Part shown: positions 14,501 through 24,290 of the stretch, piece by piece | How the letters are laid out: the number at the start of each line of letters is the position of its first letter | Numbering within the stretch: position 1 is the stretch's first letter | Origin: Monocercomonoides exilis PA203 | Taxonomy: Eukaryota > Protista > Preaxostyla | Direction of reading: 5' to 3' | DNA: 64,000 nt | Assembly (NCBI GenBank): GCA_001643675.2 | Contig: LSRY02000051.1 | Span: 496,001 to 560,000, forward strand | Notes under the pieces: model-generated | Databases searched by the model: none | Told to the model about the DNA's origin: nothing | Seen by the model: only the letters and a program-made list of their open reading frames with translations | Position numbers and translations under genes: made by a program

Positions 14501-17500
14501 ACATTTTCAATCACAAATTGAGATGCGTCTCCGCTTGCAGTGAAACCAGACTTCATAAATTTCATTGAGTCCAATTCCAGTGATGACACTCTCACTGTTC
14601 CTCTTTCCACAGCAAACAACGAGTATTGTATCGCATTCACACCAGTTGAAAATTGAAATCCACACTGATTGAATTCCAACGTGTCTTTTTTCAAGTGAAA
14701 CAGCGTTTCATGATACTGCAGAACTGAGGGCAAGTTCAACACAAGATTTCTCATTGTTGTTTTGTTCGAAACATCAAACAATCCCTTGCAGCTCTCTTCT
14801 GCACACGATGCTTCTCCGTGGATCACAAGCAACCCCCCATCTTCGGCTGCATCAACATCTGTCTGTGTTTTGGAAAAGACAACAGTTTCACCAACATCCA
14901 CTGTGCTCTTAACTATAATGCTTATCGGAGAGCAATTCGCTCTATTCACCGTGAAGCTCAGCGTTCTGCATTTGAAAAACGAAAAACCACAACGAGGATG
15001 ATCGGCACCAGAAGCAGACACTTGAATCCCACTTTGAGGCACATCTTGAGTGTAGCAAAGAATGGGAACGATGAGTGAAGCGTTGCTGGCATCGCCTATC
15101 CCTTCTGCATCACTCGCATCTTCATTCATTTGCAAGACAAATGCGAATCTCTCAACTGGGATCAACTCCAGATGATTTGATGCAATAAACACGTTCCTCC
15201 CATGTTCTGCATGATTTCCGTTGAACACCACATTCACAATCTCAAACACATCACTTTGTGCGGACAACGCCAGAAATAATCCTCCTCCTCTTCCAGTGTC
15301 ACTCACTCCGCTTGGGTTCCCATTTCCATTCTCAGCCCCGCAATCATGAATTTCTGTTGCAACGCTGTTTTGCCCAATCTTGTATGATCCTCCCTGCATC
15401 AGACTCCAATCAATACATCCTCCATTTCCTTCACTGCATGAGCAGTTTTTGAACGTCACATTTTTTATCCAAATTGAATCGCTTCTTCCTCTTGATGCTG
15501 AGAATATTCCACCGTTTCCCTCTCCTTTTGAAATGTTGCTAAATGTCACATTCATCAACATGCTTTCTCTCGTTCCACTCTCAACATATTCTTCAAAGAG
15601 CGAGCGACTTGACAAGGCAATATGCTCAACCAAACAGTTGTCCATTTGAAACTTGGCAAATATGACGCGAAACAGAGGATTGCTCCAAATTCTTTCAGCT
15701 GTTTCGTCAAGCCCGGAAATAGTTACGCTTTTCAATGAAAGCATCTGGGAGGCAGAACCCATCGCAAACAGCGAAGCAGAAAAATCAGCGGAGTTGTGAC
15801 GAATGGTAACAAGCGATATTTTCATCGATCCTGAAGTCAAAGTGAACAAGAATGATGAAGGATCCAGCGAGGATGTGTTAATGATGCAATTATCAGCACT
15901 TTCACCTTCAAATGAGGCTTCTCCCCCATCGATGATCATTGCCAACGGGGAATATATCGAATTCAAAATGTGAACGGTCACTTTGGCACCCCTTTCCAAG
16001 GAGTTGAATGCTTTTTCAATTGTTCCACACGGTTCGTTTGACGACAACCCACATATTGTTTCTGAGATCGAATTCGCTCTGCAATATGTTGTGCGAATTG
16101 TTGGAAGCCAACAATCAAATGCAGTTCCACTATCATTGTAATGCACTCGATTTTCTGGTGTTGTGGAATATGATGATTCAAATGGATTGACATTGATTAA
16201 TGAATCTGAGATTTTTATATCGTGTCCCTCGTTGCATCTCGCTTTGTTTTCAATGAAAAGACAAAAAGAGAATATGATAGGAGGAGGATCGTTATTCATC
16301 CACCCAGTTGAATAGAGTGATATTCCTCCGCCTCCGCGATTATTTGCTTCTCCTGTTCCGTTCGCCAAATTTTCAGAGAACAAACAATCGGAAAATATAT
16401 ATGGAAATGAATGATATTGAATATTTGATCCTCCTCCAAAAGTCCTTGCTTCATTGTTTTTAAATTTGCATTCATGAATCACTCCTTTCTCAGTTCCATC
16501 ATTTTGATGCAAGCGTATTCCACCTCCATAATCAGTAGATGCAATACATCTGCTAAAAATACATTTTAATAATTGATAGTTTCCATTTAATTTATAAAGA
16601 ATCATTCCTCCTGCTGTCATACCGGATTTGCAATTTGAAAAATTGCATTCTGTCATATTCACACCAGATCCTGATTGAACATCAACAGCTCCATCATTTT
16701 GTTGACTCATATTGCGAAAGCTGCATCTTGTGCATTTAAGAGTCGAGCCGCCCATCAAATAGATTGCACTTCCAACTCCACTAACATTAATGTCATGCCA
16801 TTCGCAATCAGTGAAAACATGCGAATCATTAGAATCTAGTCTCTGTTGCGTCATATGTTTGTTATTTGATACAGCTATGTTTTCTTGGCGCATACAGCTT
16901 TCGAGGGTGATGTTGAGTGCGGCAAGTGAAGAAAAGGGGCTGTTCACTGATCTTGTAATACCCCCATCAATAACATCACTGACTCTATGAAAAATACAAC
17001 TATCGAGTGTTGTCCAAGTTGCAACTGAAATAGTTGGGGATATAGACAGAACCGGAAATGTTGATGTGATGTTGTGCATAAAAAGGCAGGTGGCAGAAAC
17101 TGAACAACAAATGTCTGCTGCAAGGAGTGGAGTTTTTGACATCTCAAACGATGAAAGCAACGAATCGGAAAGAGAAATGAATGCTTCTTTGTGAAATGAC
17201 ATTGTATTGGGTGATGAACAGAATAAACCTGGAATTGGTGCGAATGAGCGAATCGAGGAAATTGAAAGATTTTTAGCATCTGTCACTCCTCCATCAATCA
17301 CAAAAAAGCTGTATTCAGAAGAAGAAATTGCAGCACAGCTCATGAGGAAAAGGATTGATTGCTCATTGATTCGAAAGAATGATTGGCTATTAGATGTTTT
17401 GAGAATGACACATGAGCATTCAAGTGTTGTGTTTTGAACAGTAAAAGATCCAATAATTGTCCCTCTTTCGGTTCTTTCTCGAGCAGAAAGCGATAAAGTC

Positions 17501-17607
17501 TGATTTAGCTCAATATCATTTTTTTTCCAGTTTATTTTATCTTTCCATTTCACTGCACAAAAGTTTGCTTGTAAACAAGCCAATAGAAGAATAGATAATA
17601 TTTTCAT
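8566..17607 (-). CDS. Giant intronless single-pass membrane protein (3013 aa): signal peptide, repeated beta-helix-like ectodomain modules, TM helix, C-terminal pseudokinase C-lobe
   Basis: Hydrophobic N-terminus MKILSILLLACLQANFCA. Recurring GG(G/A)(I/L/V), FxxNxA and CGxxxxPC motifs. TM WCVVIVIASAVFILLLAIIVVLAVRWRK. Tail RWKAPE...SFSIGMMLWECLTLEIPF...GERP...RPTL matches kinase subdomains VIII-XI, but HRD and DFG are absent. Confidence 0.9.
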   Translation of the reverse strand: MKILSILLLACLQANFCAVKWKDKINWKKNDIELNQTLSLSARERTERGTIIGSFTVQNTTLECSCVILKTSNSQSFFRINEQSILFLMSCAAISSSEYSFFVIDGGVTDAKNLSISSIRSFAPIPGLFCSSPNTMSFHKEAFISLSDSLLSSFEMSKTPLLAADICCSVSATCLFMHNITSTFPVLSISPTISVATWTTLDSCIFHRVSDVIDGGITRSVNSPFSSLAALNITLESCMRQENIAVSNNKHMTQQRLDSNDSHVFTDCEWHDINVSGVGSAIYLMGGSTLKCTRCSFRNMSQQNDGAVDVQSGSGVNMTECNFSNCKSGMTAGGMILYKLNGNYQLLKCIFSRCIASTDYGGGIRLHQNDGTEKGVIHECKFKNNEARTFGGGSNIQYHSFPYIFSDCLFSENLANGTGEANNRGGGGISLYSTGWMNNDPPPIIFSFCLFIENKARCNEGHDIKISDSLINVNPFESSYSTTPENRVHYNDSGTAFDCWLPTIRTTYCRANSISETICGLSSNEPCGTIEKAFNSLERGAKVTVHILNSIYSPLAMIIDGGEASFEGESADNCIINTSSLDPSSFLFTLTSGSMKISLVTIRHNSADFSASLFAMGSASQMLSLKSVTISGLDETAERIWSNPLFRVIFAKFQMDNCLVEHIALSSRSLFEEYVESGTRESMLMNVTFSNISKGEGNGGIFSASRGRSDSIWIKNVTFKNCSCSEGNGGCIDWSLMQGGSYKIGQNSVATEIHDCGAENGNGNPSGVSDTGRGGGLFLALSAQSDVFEIVNVVFNGNHAEHGRNVFIASNHLELIPVERFAFVLQMNEDASDAEGIGDASNASLIVPILCYTQDVPQSGIQVSASGADHPRCGFSFFKCRTLSFTVNRANCSPISIIVKSTVDVGETVVFSKTQTDVDAAEDGGLLVIHGEASCAEESCKGLFDVSNKTTMRNLVLNLPSVLQYHETLFHLKKDTLEFNQCGFQFSTGVNAIQYSLFAVERGTVRVSSLELDSMKFMKSGFTASGDASQFVIENVDLRNISLSRENGFIEIANGGSFTVNEMNANECSTEGSSLIYAGSSCVLRLSMCNWSTCQFTDSGLIKASEANEIHVINCNGSGINLETGDGGLIGGVIAYGGVVVENTTIEDCVAERGNGGGLKLNMRGSAELRISSTSDATSIKRCIAGRTEQGDGSGHGGGLWLGFEGESSRFDLAGMYVEGNKARCGRDVYLVCQDLRKTVTASTFSFYEKITERNNSLMGKDRSKFENDVDLLIFLEGYSSLVIEVDGLTGDNGIWCGMEVCPCASVDYGVCRLADDDEKGITLAGRSAIEQETDLTGVSVETKTNSQIIVIIKSTIGGESDSVIISEGSTLIKNTVLQFPKRFDETKHTLISLTSQNGVLEVQKCIFEMQEESREEIQYSIMRSSGATLIMNWTTIHNIRTAKPILELSLLGAENEESGEPIVGFSNCTFADLSNANTDCAVLFSEDAKNAIKMEQCNMTNVKSIASNTGGAININISGSCLFEVSGCEMKVCAAETSSSGKGGCLFLNNKQAASDISFVFANVHFENNDAFLGKNIFILSNDLNESVTNQTFAFSVDELNDNSNMFVGTDEKRNNTDLLRFLIEYSNSVVVVWEGGDDVARCGSDEDPCKSMWMGLKHIVGDASRKVVEIKEKASVEGSYDLSGLVVEPQGSGGDEVVRSALEIGSKEESAVSVWISNSKTLSLRALDICTYRLRPNGKTGIFESDGEMLEFDDCSLSTNGDEEKMDNAALCFAKKGILRLWKCMITSFEAKQSVFVILSGVQSLFDECDVSQIKDECGSLVKVQDESRDHKNNERNDAGEVVAKNCTFSSVNVEGTDASLICSTCTCGVKVDIESSALEECCAGGSTKGGGILFALNEEGSFKLKNASVRLCGCSASEGKGGGVYLSTRLNGELKFAFDNVTFRRNTAKVGNDVFIECHDIESQINETQFNLDFRDEEFIKQNSIFGMDEVDHKEKALDLMSLIVKYQSDTIVVSSKEGNGGSNEQQCGKPKLPCATIGFGLRHLTHDFFSQLFVDEESIVDEEIVLETLTLRGLQENGSIVIVKGEIKGSEDFVVRTNGKVQLQSLLFVFEIVLQTERTSFLKVDSGKATLNACSFEAGSLLGGSKRSLPFCLLSIDGGECLLNKVNISSLSFECDAAIYIKESIEVNNLVVNNVEVEKDFVQISGNAAVKMENLDVNGVEVCNGRFIAVNRGESKISNGETSSASFSLSLSFIENITCVGEDASVIGIERFDSIAKLSNCSFSRFQAHKTTGSIASLLFCKDIEIKGCLFDGEKQIETDGPHTSNVDPFICEWNGSLVDVVQCESVISDTTFTNSANGGLSARGGTMRIEKGEFVNNNPAIELYPSARRNIWCSDSTKLDMKSVKAGDGVLSDSSLWILNDGCELSGIASERASALFIPVLHEVKSLPISSSATNLTLFGELLLPCNLTLKLCFTSGDEEFIELHEINKDEFSSENEIQTVATSSQLENVREETEVSLCVLFGNADSPSSTQSFILKNKSESKTNGDERIAEGGNEKKKWCVVIVIASAVFILLLAIIVVLAVRWRKVKNENKDLREIVEDNIKKDPKAFEMVTMEMSPEEQWRRAEREAEKKNEERIKKRVFEKSLGHSESSEHLLSESGSTEYILGKGSDKIPQWALEKVEEEEIRKQTPSPSISSTSTTDTSDTDSTFVRSESLCPTTSSMSNLVDAMACSSPHEKLIVDLRDSLFMLLHGRNKTKEMAIGTLQEREQTAAQILFWVANGALHSFDEMENPLQSLASLSPHIVLFSEHMVICIVMHSDFLSSDDDSDSSSISSLTVVSSSSNISVMSERFTDSPPPSSAFEDEDEIRKECLRWKAPELLMNKKMGATKESVSFSIGMMLWECLTLEIPFGEYEGVVAGQKIVNGERPDIEMIRDSNLRECSKECIAVSTEARPTLTSIKRVLIQHFPLGAAVLTMSDAIDMEQCSGDRADSERITDSDSLSTFTS

Positions 17608-17802
17608 TGTAGTCTTATGGAAAAATTATGCGCTATCCCCTATTTTTAAATGGATAAGAGCAAAAACAATTTTCACAGATTTGATCTAATCCATTATATT
17701 TTAATGAACATTTTTTCAGATTGGGACGAATAGTTTTATCACAAATTTATTGTTGAACACCACATTTTCATATCTTTTTCGTTGAAAAAATATATTAAAT
17801 GC

Positions 17803-18655
17803 GGCATAATCTCGTTATATCGGACAACGCAAATTCTTGTTTTTTTGCTTCTGACATACTTAAATATGTATTTCATTCAATTTAAAAAAAGTTTTTATGC
17901 GCGGAAAACATTTTCAAAAAAAAAAACAAAAAAGTATCAAAAATATTACAATTTTGGGTTAAATTCTAATTAGGGTTATTGAAAAACAGATAAAGTTCAA
18001 TAATAACTTTTTCAAGACAAATGTAAATTTCAGTTTTTTATTGAATTGATGAATTTATCAATGAAGAGTGTCCACTGAAACAGTTTTCGGAAAAATTCGG
18101 CAAACCTATTGTTTTTTTCAGGTTTTCATTTCTCTATCAATTTTTGTTTCAAATGTGGTTTTAGGGTTAGGGTTTGAATTTTAATCAACATTTTTGAATT
18201 TTGTTTTGTTTTGGGGTTAGGGTTAAAAATAAAAGAATAATTTTGAATAGAATCTTTTTGAGTGAAGCAATGGTCGTGTTGTTGGGATTTTTCTTGTGTT
18301 AATGGAATGGACAATGGTTCAAATACCTCCAAATACTTTCTCTTTCAATTTTTTATTTTAATATTTCACATCACATAAGTTTAATTATTCCAAAAAGTGA
18401 TGGCTTGGGATTGTCTGATGGGGCAGATTCATCAGAACGAGAAGATGAATCATTACAGTTGACAATTTTTTCGATTTTTCAATTTTTTTCATTGACCCAC
18501 AATCATATTTTTTTGAAAAAAGAAAAAATAAAAAACCTGATTTTGACTAACTTCCGCGCTTTTTTAATAACCAAAACATAAATATATTTGATCAACAAAC
18601 ATTTCTATCAACAATTTAATCAATTTTTCGATGTCCGATATCACGCGATTTTGCC
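17803..18655. mobile_element. Non-autonomous TIR DNA transposon with 8-bp TSD, probably Merlin/IS1595-like
   Basis: Termini ggcataatctcgttatatcggaca vs reverse complement of the right end ggcaaaatcgcgtgatatcggaca: 21/24. A second inverted match, gcgcggaa/ttccgcgc, ends exactly 104 bp in from each terminus. Perfect direct repeat TTAAATGC at 17795-17802 and 18656-18663. Confidence 0.85.
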
Positions 18656-19346
18656 TTAAATGCTTCTTATTCACATTGATTTTCAATTTCTTGTTTTGAT
18701 GTGAAAAAATTAAAGACTGGGAAGAATTCTGATTTTTTATGCAAATAAAATTAAATCTCAAACTTGATGAAAAATGTTAATATATATTTTTGTATTTCTA
18801 TCTTTTTTTAAAAAAAAAACATTTTCTTTTCTTTTTCATTAAACAATTATTTTTTGAATGATGAAAACTTTCTACCAAGGAAAAGATAATTCACATTTTT
18901 CTCGCTTTAAAAGCTTCATTGTTTTATTTCATAATCGAATACATAATTTTCTATTAATTATGTTTGATCGAAAAAAGGCAAGAATAACAACAAGTGCATG
19001 ATAATACAAAGTCTGACAACTGCATCAATTTGAAAAAATTGTTATTTTTATACCTCAACGATATTGTTCATTTAGACTTTCAGCATATTTTTTTAAAATA
19101 AAAATAACAAATAACTATTGATCTCAGAAAGTCTATCATGTGATGTTTTTCTTCTGATTGCCATTTTGTTTTCAGGCACATTAAAAACAAAAATAAAAAC
19201 AAGAAAATTCTGTTAACAATTACAGAATTTCTTTTTTGATGAACACATTTTTTGAATTTTATTGTTTTTTATTATTCATCACTTTTGGTTGAAAATATTA
19301 TTGAATATTCTGAGGACATCTTTTAATAAAAGGTTATCGATCAAAG

Positions 19347-21484
19347 ATGGAAGCACGTTTTGAAGTGTGTAATTTCAAAGATAAAATTCAAAATTTGTCA
19401 AACATTCTTTTTCCATTAATAATCGAAACATGATGAATATTCGTAATTGTAATTTCAGGCTCTTCTGCAACGTCTGGAAAAAGACATTGAAAAATTGGAA
19501 AGAAATCAAGGAGCTGGAGACGAAGTTGAGATAGAGAAAAGCCCATTTGATGCATGCTATTTTTAATGCCAAAAATTTTCCATTTAATGATATTTTTTTT
19601 CTTTTAAAATTGCGATTTTTTCAATATTTCATTTTCAGGATTATTTGGAAGCTGTGTTTCCTCCCCTTCTTGAAGTGGCTCATAAACTTCCCGAGCCAGT
19701 CCCAAAAATGGTTTGAAGTTTATAATTTTATAAATCTTTCAAAGACTGACGAAAATTTAGACTGAAATGCTCGAGAAAGTGTTTAGAGAAGAACAAATTC
19801 TTATTAGAAAGTCTCTAAAGTGCAAGAAGCCAACTCCAGAGCAAATGAAAGCTCAGTATAAACCAGTTGCTGATGCAATTAACGTATAATTTATTTGAAA
19901 TTTATGAAAATTTGAATTAAAGTAATATTTATATTTAGGCAATTGGTAATACAGTTCCATTTAAAACTGAACCAAATTTCGGTCAATGGAAAGTTGTTGA
20001 AGAGCTGTCGAAATGCGCCAACTGGGTTGAAATTGAGAAAACACCTATGGATTATGTTGATAATACATGGCAAGTTGCAGACTTCTATAATTTGAAGATT
20101 ATTCGTGAAAATAGAGGAACGTATGATGCTAAATTTAAAAAAAATAAAATAAATTGAATGCATATTTTCTATTATTTTCCTCCATTTTTCTTTTAAAGAA
20201 ACCAGGATCAAGTCACATGGGCGCAAGGAATCAAGAAAGTGGCAACTGATTTGCTTGACTTCATCAAGGAGCATTATCGCACAGGACTCTCGTGGAAGCG
20301 TGATGGAATAGACATCGACCAATATACAGACGGATCTGCATCGTCTTCCTCAACACCCTCCAGCTCCTCCTCCATCCCTGCTCCGCCAGCCATCCCTGCT
20401 GCACCGGCTGTCCCAGCTGCTCCGCCTGTTTCCGCTTCTTCAGCCACTGCTGCTGAGAAACCAGCTGCCGACACAACAAAACTCTTTGCAGAGCTGTGCC
20501 AAGGAGAAGGCATCACAAGCCGCTTGCGCCATGTTTCAGACTCGGAAAAGACAAAGAACAGGCCAAGAGAAGAAAGAAAGTTCACTGTGCCATCTTCTGT
20601 CGGTGAGAAAAGAGTCGAAAAGGAAGAAGCCGTTGCAGGACCAAAAGGTTTCATTACATTTTCTTCTTCTTTTTTTGATTTATTTTTGAAATCTTTTATG
20701 AAAATCAAATGCGTCTACAAAACTGAACAATCGATGCTTTCATTCTCAGCAAAAGCAGTTGCACCACCTGTTTTCCAGAACTTTGGCAACAAATTGAAAT
20801 GCGTATGCCTTTATTGGATGTTTTTCATGAATTTAATATTTATTTTATTTATTTATTTACAAATCTTCATAATTTTTATCTGTGTTAATCCACATAACAA
20901 AATGATATTTGAATGAATTCAAATTTTATCCATTCAGGAAAACCAAGTGAATGTGCCTGATCTCACATTAGACTCCGACACCATCCAGCAGACGGTGTAC
21001 ATGTACAACTGCAAGAAGTCTGCGCTGCGTGTGACAGGCAAAGTAAACTCGATTGTCATCGACAAGTGTGTCGGGTGCACAGTTGTGGTGGACGATGTGG
21101 TGTCGACGGTGGAGCTGATCAACTCGAAGGACACCAAAGTGCAGGTGCTCCACGTCTGCGCCTCGTTCCTCGTGGAATCTTCAGAGGGCGCTCAGATTTA
21201 TGTGTCGGCAGATTGTATGGAGAAAGTGGAGGTGTTCTCATCCAAATCAGCCAATATCATCATTTATGCACCTGGAATCAGAATCGACCCTGACACGAAA
21301 GAGAAGGAGGAAGGAATGGTTTGAAATAAACATCAATTTATTTTAAAAATTCTATTTTGTGTTGCATTTTTTTCTAAAACTAACTTTTTTGTTGCATCAT
21401 CAGATTGAGCATGCACTTCCGAGCACGTTGCGCACTGTATTCAAAGATGGAGAGCTTGCGCATGACTTTGTGAAACATGGTTAA
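19347..21484 (+). CDS. CAP: Adenylyl cyclase-associated protein (CAP/Srv2), multi-exon
   Basis: Spliced N-terminal RLE motif MEARFE|ALLQRLEKDIEKLE; helical domain DFYNLKII...QVTWAQ...FIKEHYRTGLSW; Pro-rich linker; WH2-like LFAELCQGEGITSRLRHV; CARP beta-helix VYMYNCKKS...GKVNSIVIDKC...VFSSKS; last exon EHALPSTLRT...VKHG*. Confidence 0.95.
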
Positions 21485-22002
21485 TTGTTGGTTACAAATA
21501 CATTATTTTGGAGAGTTATCTGCTCTCGTGCGTTTTTACTGTCATTGTATTAATTATAAGTACTAAGTGCGTTTTGTGCAACATTTCATTCAATTTATGT
21601 TTTGTTTAAACTCATTTGTGAAAAGAATAAATTTGTTTGATATGATTGCAATAACTTCTTACAATTTTTTTCACAAAATATTTTATATGGAAAGGACTCA
21701 GACGGTGCCCTAAAGTTATTGGGTAAATTTGATTTGAAATCAAACAAATTTCTCAAACACAAAATTTACAAATGCTTAGAATATTTTTTAAGTGAACCGT
21801 TTTTTGTCATTCAATTCAAGATGAGCTTTTCAGTATTTTCTTTCAATTGATCCAATTTTTCTGACATTCTCGGCTTAAAGCACACACGCAATAAGAAAAT
21901 TTCGAAAAAGGAAACCTTCATTTCAATCGATTATTAAGACTTTACTTATGGTTTTGGATAATAAAGTTACATATTCGATCAAAACAAAATACTTGTCATT
22001 TT

Positions 22003-24290
22003 ATGTCAACAAAAGGGAAAAAGAGTTCATCTGCATCTTCACAACCCCAAGCTGTTCCTCCAAGAGATCTTTCTGCTGTTATGAAAAGCAGATTTTTTGT
22101 TGTGCCGAGCTTCGAAATATATGGAGGTTTTTAAATTTGTGAAATATTTCTTTTTTATAAAGTCTCTATCTTCAGGAAAGGCTGGATTGTTTGATCTTGG
22201 ACCGCCAATGGCAACATTTGAACAGAATATTCTTCAAGCATGGCGTCGACATTTCATCCATGCAGAAAGAATGCTTGAAATTTCGTGCACAAATGTTACT
22301 CCTTACAAAGTTCTGAAAACAAGTGGCCACGTTGACAAATTTCAAGATATCATGGTCCTTGATCCAGTAACAGGAGAGGCGCACAGAGCTGACCATCTTC
22401 TGGAACATTTTGCTGACAAAGAATTGGCGTCCAATCCAGATATGCCGGCAGAAATGAAAGCAGAATTGCTCCAACTGAAAATTCAAGCTGAAAGCATGAC
22501 AGAAGAACAGATTCAAGAATCAATCGAAAAATTCAAAATTCTGTCTCCTGCTGGTAATAAATTGGACAAACCTCATCCTTTTAACCTCATGTTCGAAACA
22601 AAGATCGGGCCAACTGGAAAAGATCCAGCGTTTGCACTTTTTTATTGAAACATGAGCGCGTCCTTTAAAGACTAAATTTTAATTTATTTATTGTTTTGTA
22701 TTTCATATTAGATTTTTGCGTCCTGAGATAGCTCAGGGTATGTTCATGAACTACAAAAACTGTTACGATTATTGCAATGGCAAGCTTCCAATTGCTGCAG
22801 CTCAAATGGGGAAAGCGTTTAGAAATGAAATTTCTCCACAAGGCGGGCTTTTCAGATTGAGAGAATTCACACTGGCTGAGATTGAGCATTTCTATGATCC
22901 AGAGGAAACATCTCATCCTCGTTTTGCCAATGTTGCTAATGTTAAGGTTCGTCTGCTTCCTCGCGAAGAGCAGGAAAAAGGAAACTTGACTCCAATTGTG
23001 ATGACAATTGAAGAAGCACACAAGGGACGAAAATGTCCAGGAGAAACATGCAATTGCTCATGCCATGCTTCGTCTTCTTCCTCGTCTTCATCTGCATCAT
23101 CTTCATCACCATGCTGCTCAGAAGGCTGCTCGTGCACTCGTCCAGTGATTGTCAACGAGACGCTTGCTTATTTCCTTGGCCGGACGCAACTGTTTTTGGA
23201 GTCCGTTGGGCTGAAGCCAGAGAAGATTCGCTTCAGACAACATCTGCTCAAACAGATGGCACATTATGCACGCGACTGCTGGGATGCAGAAGCGTTGACA
23301 GAGGAAATAGAAGAAGAAGAGAACGAGCAACCAGCCGGGAAGAAGAAGGACTCCAAAAAGGAAGGGAAAAAAGATAAGAACGAGAAGGCAGAAAGCGCAC
23401 CAGCTGCTACAAGAACCGAAGAATGGACTGAAATTGTGGGAATTGCTGACCGTTCCTGCTACGATCTCAGAGTGCATAGCGCTGTGTCAGGAAAGCCTTT
23501 GATTGCGCAGAGAAAACTGAAGGAGCCAAAGACTGTGATAAATGCTGTACCAAACAAGCAGGTGATTGGGAAGGAGCTGAAGCAGAAAGGAAAAGCAGTG
23601 ATGGAATACATTGAAAAGATGAGTGAGGAAGAGGTGTTGGCGATGAGAAAGGCTCTTCACATGGAAGACACTGAAAAAGCTGACACAGAAAAAGCCGAAG
23701 AAGCGCCATTTGTCATCATCAAGCCGTTTCCTGATGCTCCAAACGAGGAAGTGAAGATAACACCGCAATTGGTATCATTCAAGAAATCCGTCGTCCATGT
23801 GGAGAACTTCCTTCCGTATGTGATTGAGCCATCATTTGGTATCTCTCGTATCATTTCAGCAATAATCAGCCAGAACTTCTCGACTCGCCCAACCGACAGT
23901 CAACGTGCAGTCATTTCCTTCCCTCCAAAAGTTGCACCTTATGCCGCAGTTGTGTATGCGCTGCAGTCTGACGAAAAACTGAGAGCAAAAGCAGCTGCAG
24001 TGGAGGACTCGCTGGATGTCCCGTTGTTCACTGACCCGTCGACTGTGTCGATCGGAAAGCGGTATGCGCGCGCAGACGAGGTCGGTGTGGCTTTTGCGGT
24101 AACTGTGGACTACACGACGCTGGAGGACAACACAGTCACAATCCGTGAGAGAGACTCGATGCAGCAGTGCAGAGTTCCGAGTGCTGAGCTGCCCCATCTC
24201 ATTTCCTCGCTGATCAATGGAACAGAAACATGGTCCAAACTTACATCAAAATATCCACTTGTCGAAGTGAAGGAGGATGAAGATGATTAG
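22003..24290 (+). CDS. GARS: Glycyl-tRNA synthetase (eukaryotic alpha2, class IIa), 3 exons
   Basis: FFVVPSFEIYG|GKAGLFDLGP, LKTSGHVDKF, FNLMFETKIGP, LRPEIAQG, motif 2 GKAFRNEISPQGGLFRLREFTLAEIEHF, MAHYARDCWDAE, motif 3 VIEPSFGISR, anticodon-binding SIGKRYARADEVG. Introns 22127-22175 and 22630-22711 are GT-AG and in phase. Confidence 0.97.

Noticed and set aside
8573-17437. Many plus-strand ORFs inside the 3013-aa gene (and equivalents antisense to 42320-49976)
   Set aside because: Antisense shadows of a long coding frame, with no independent motifs.
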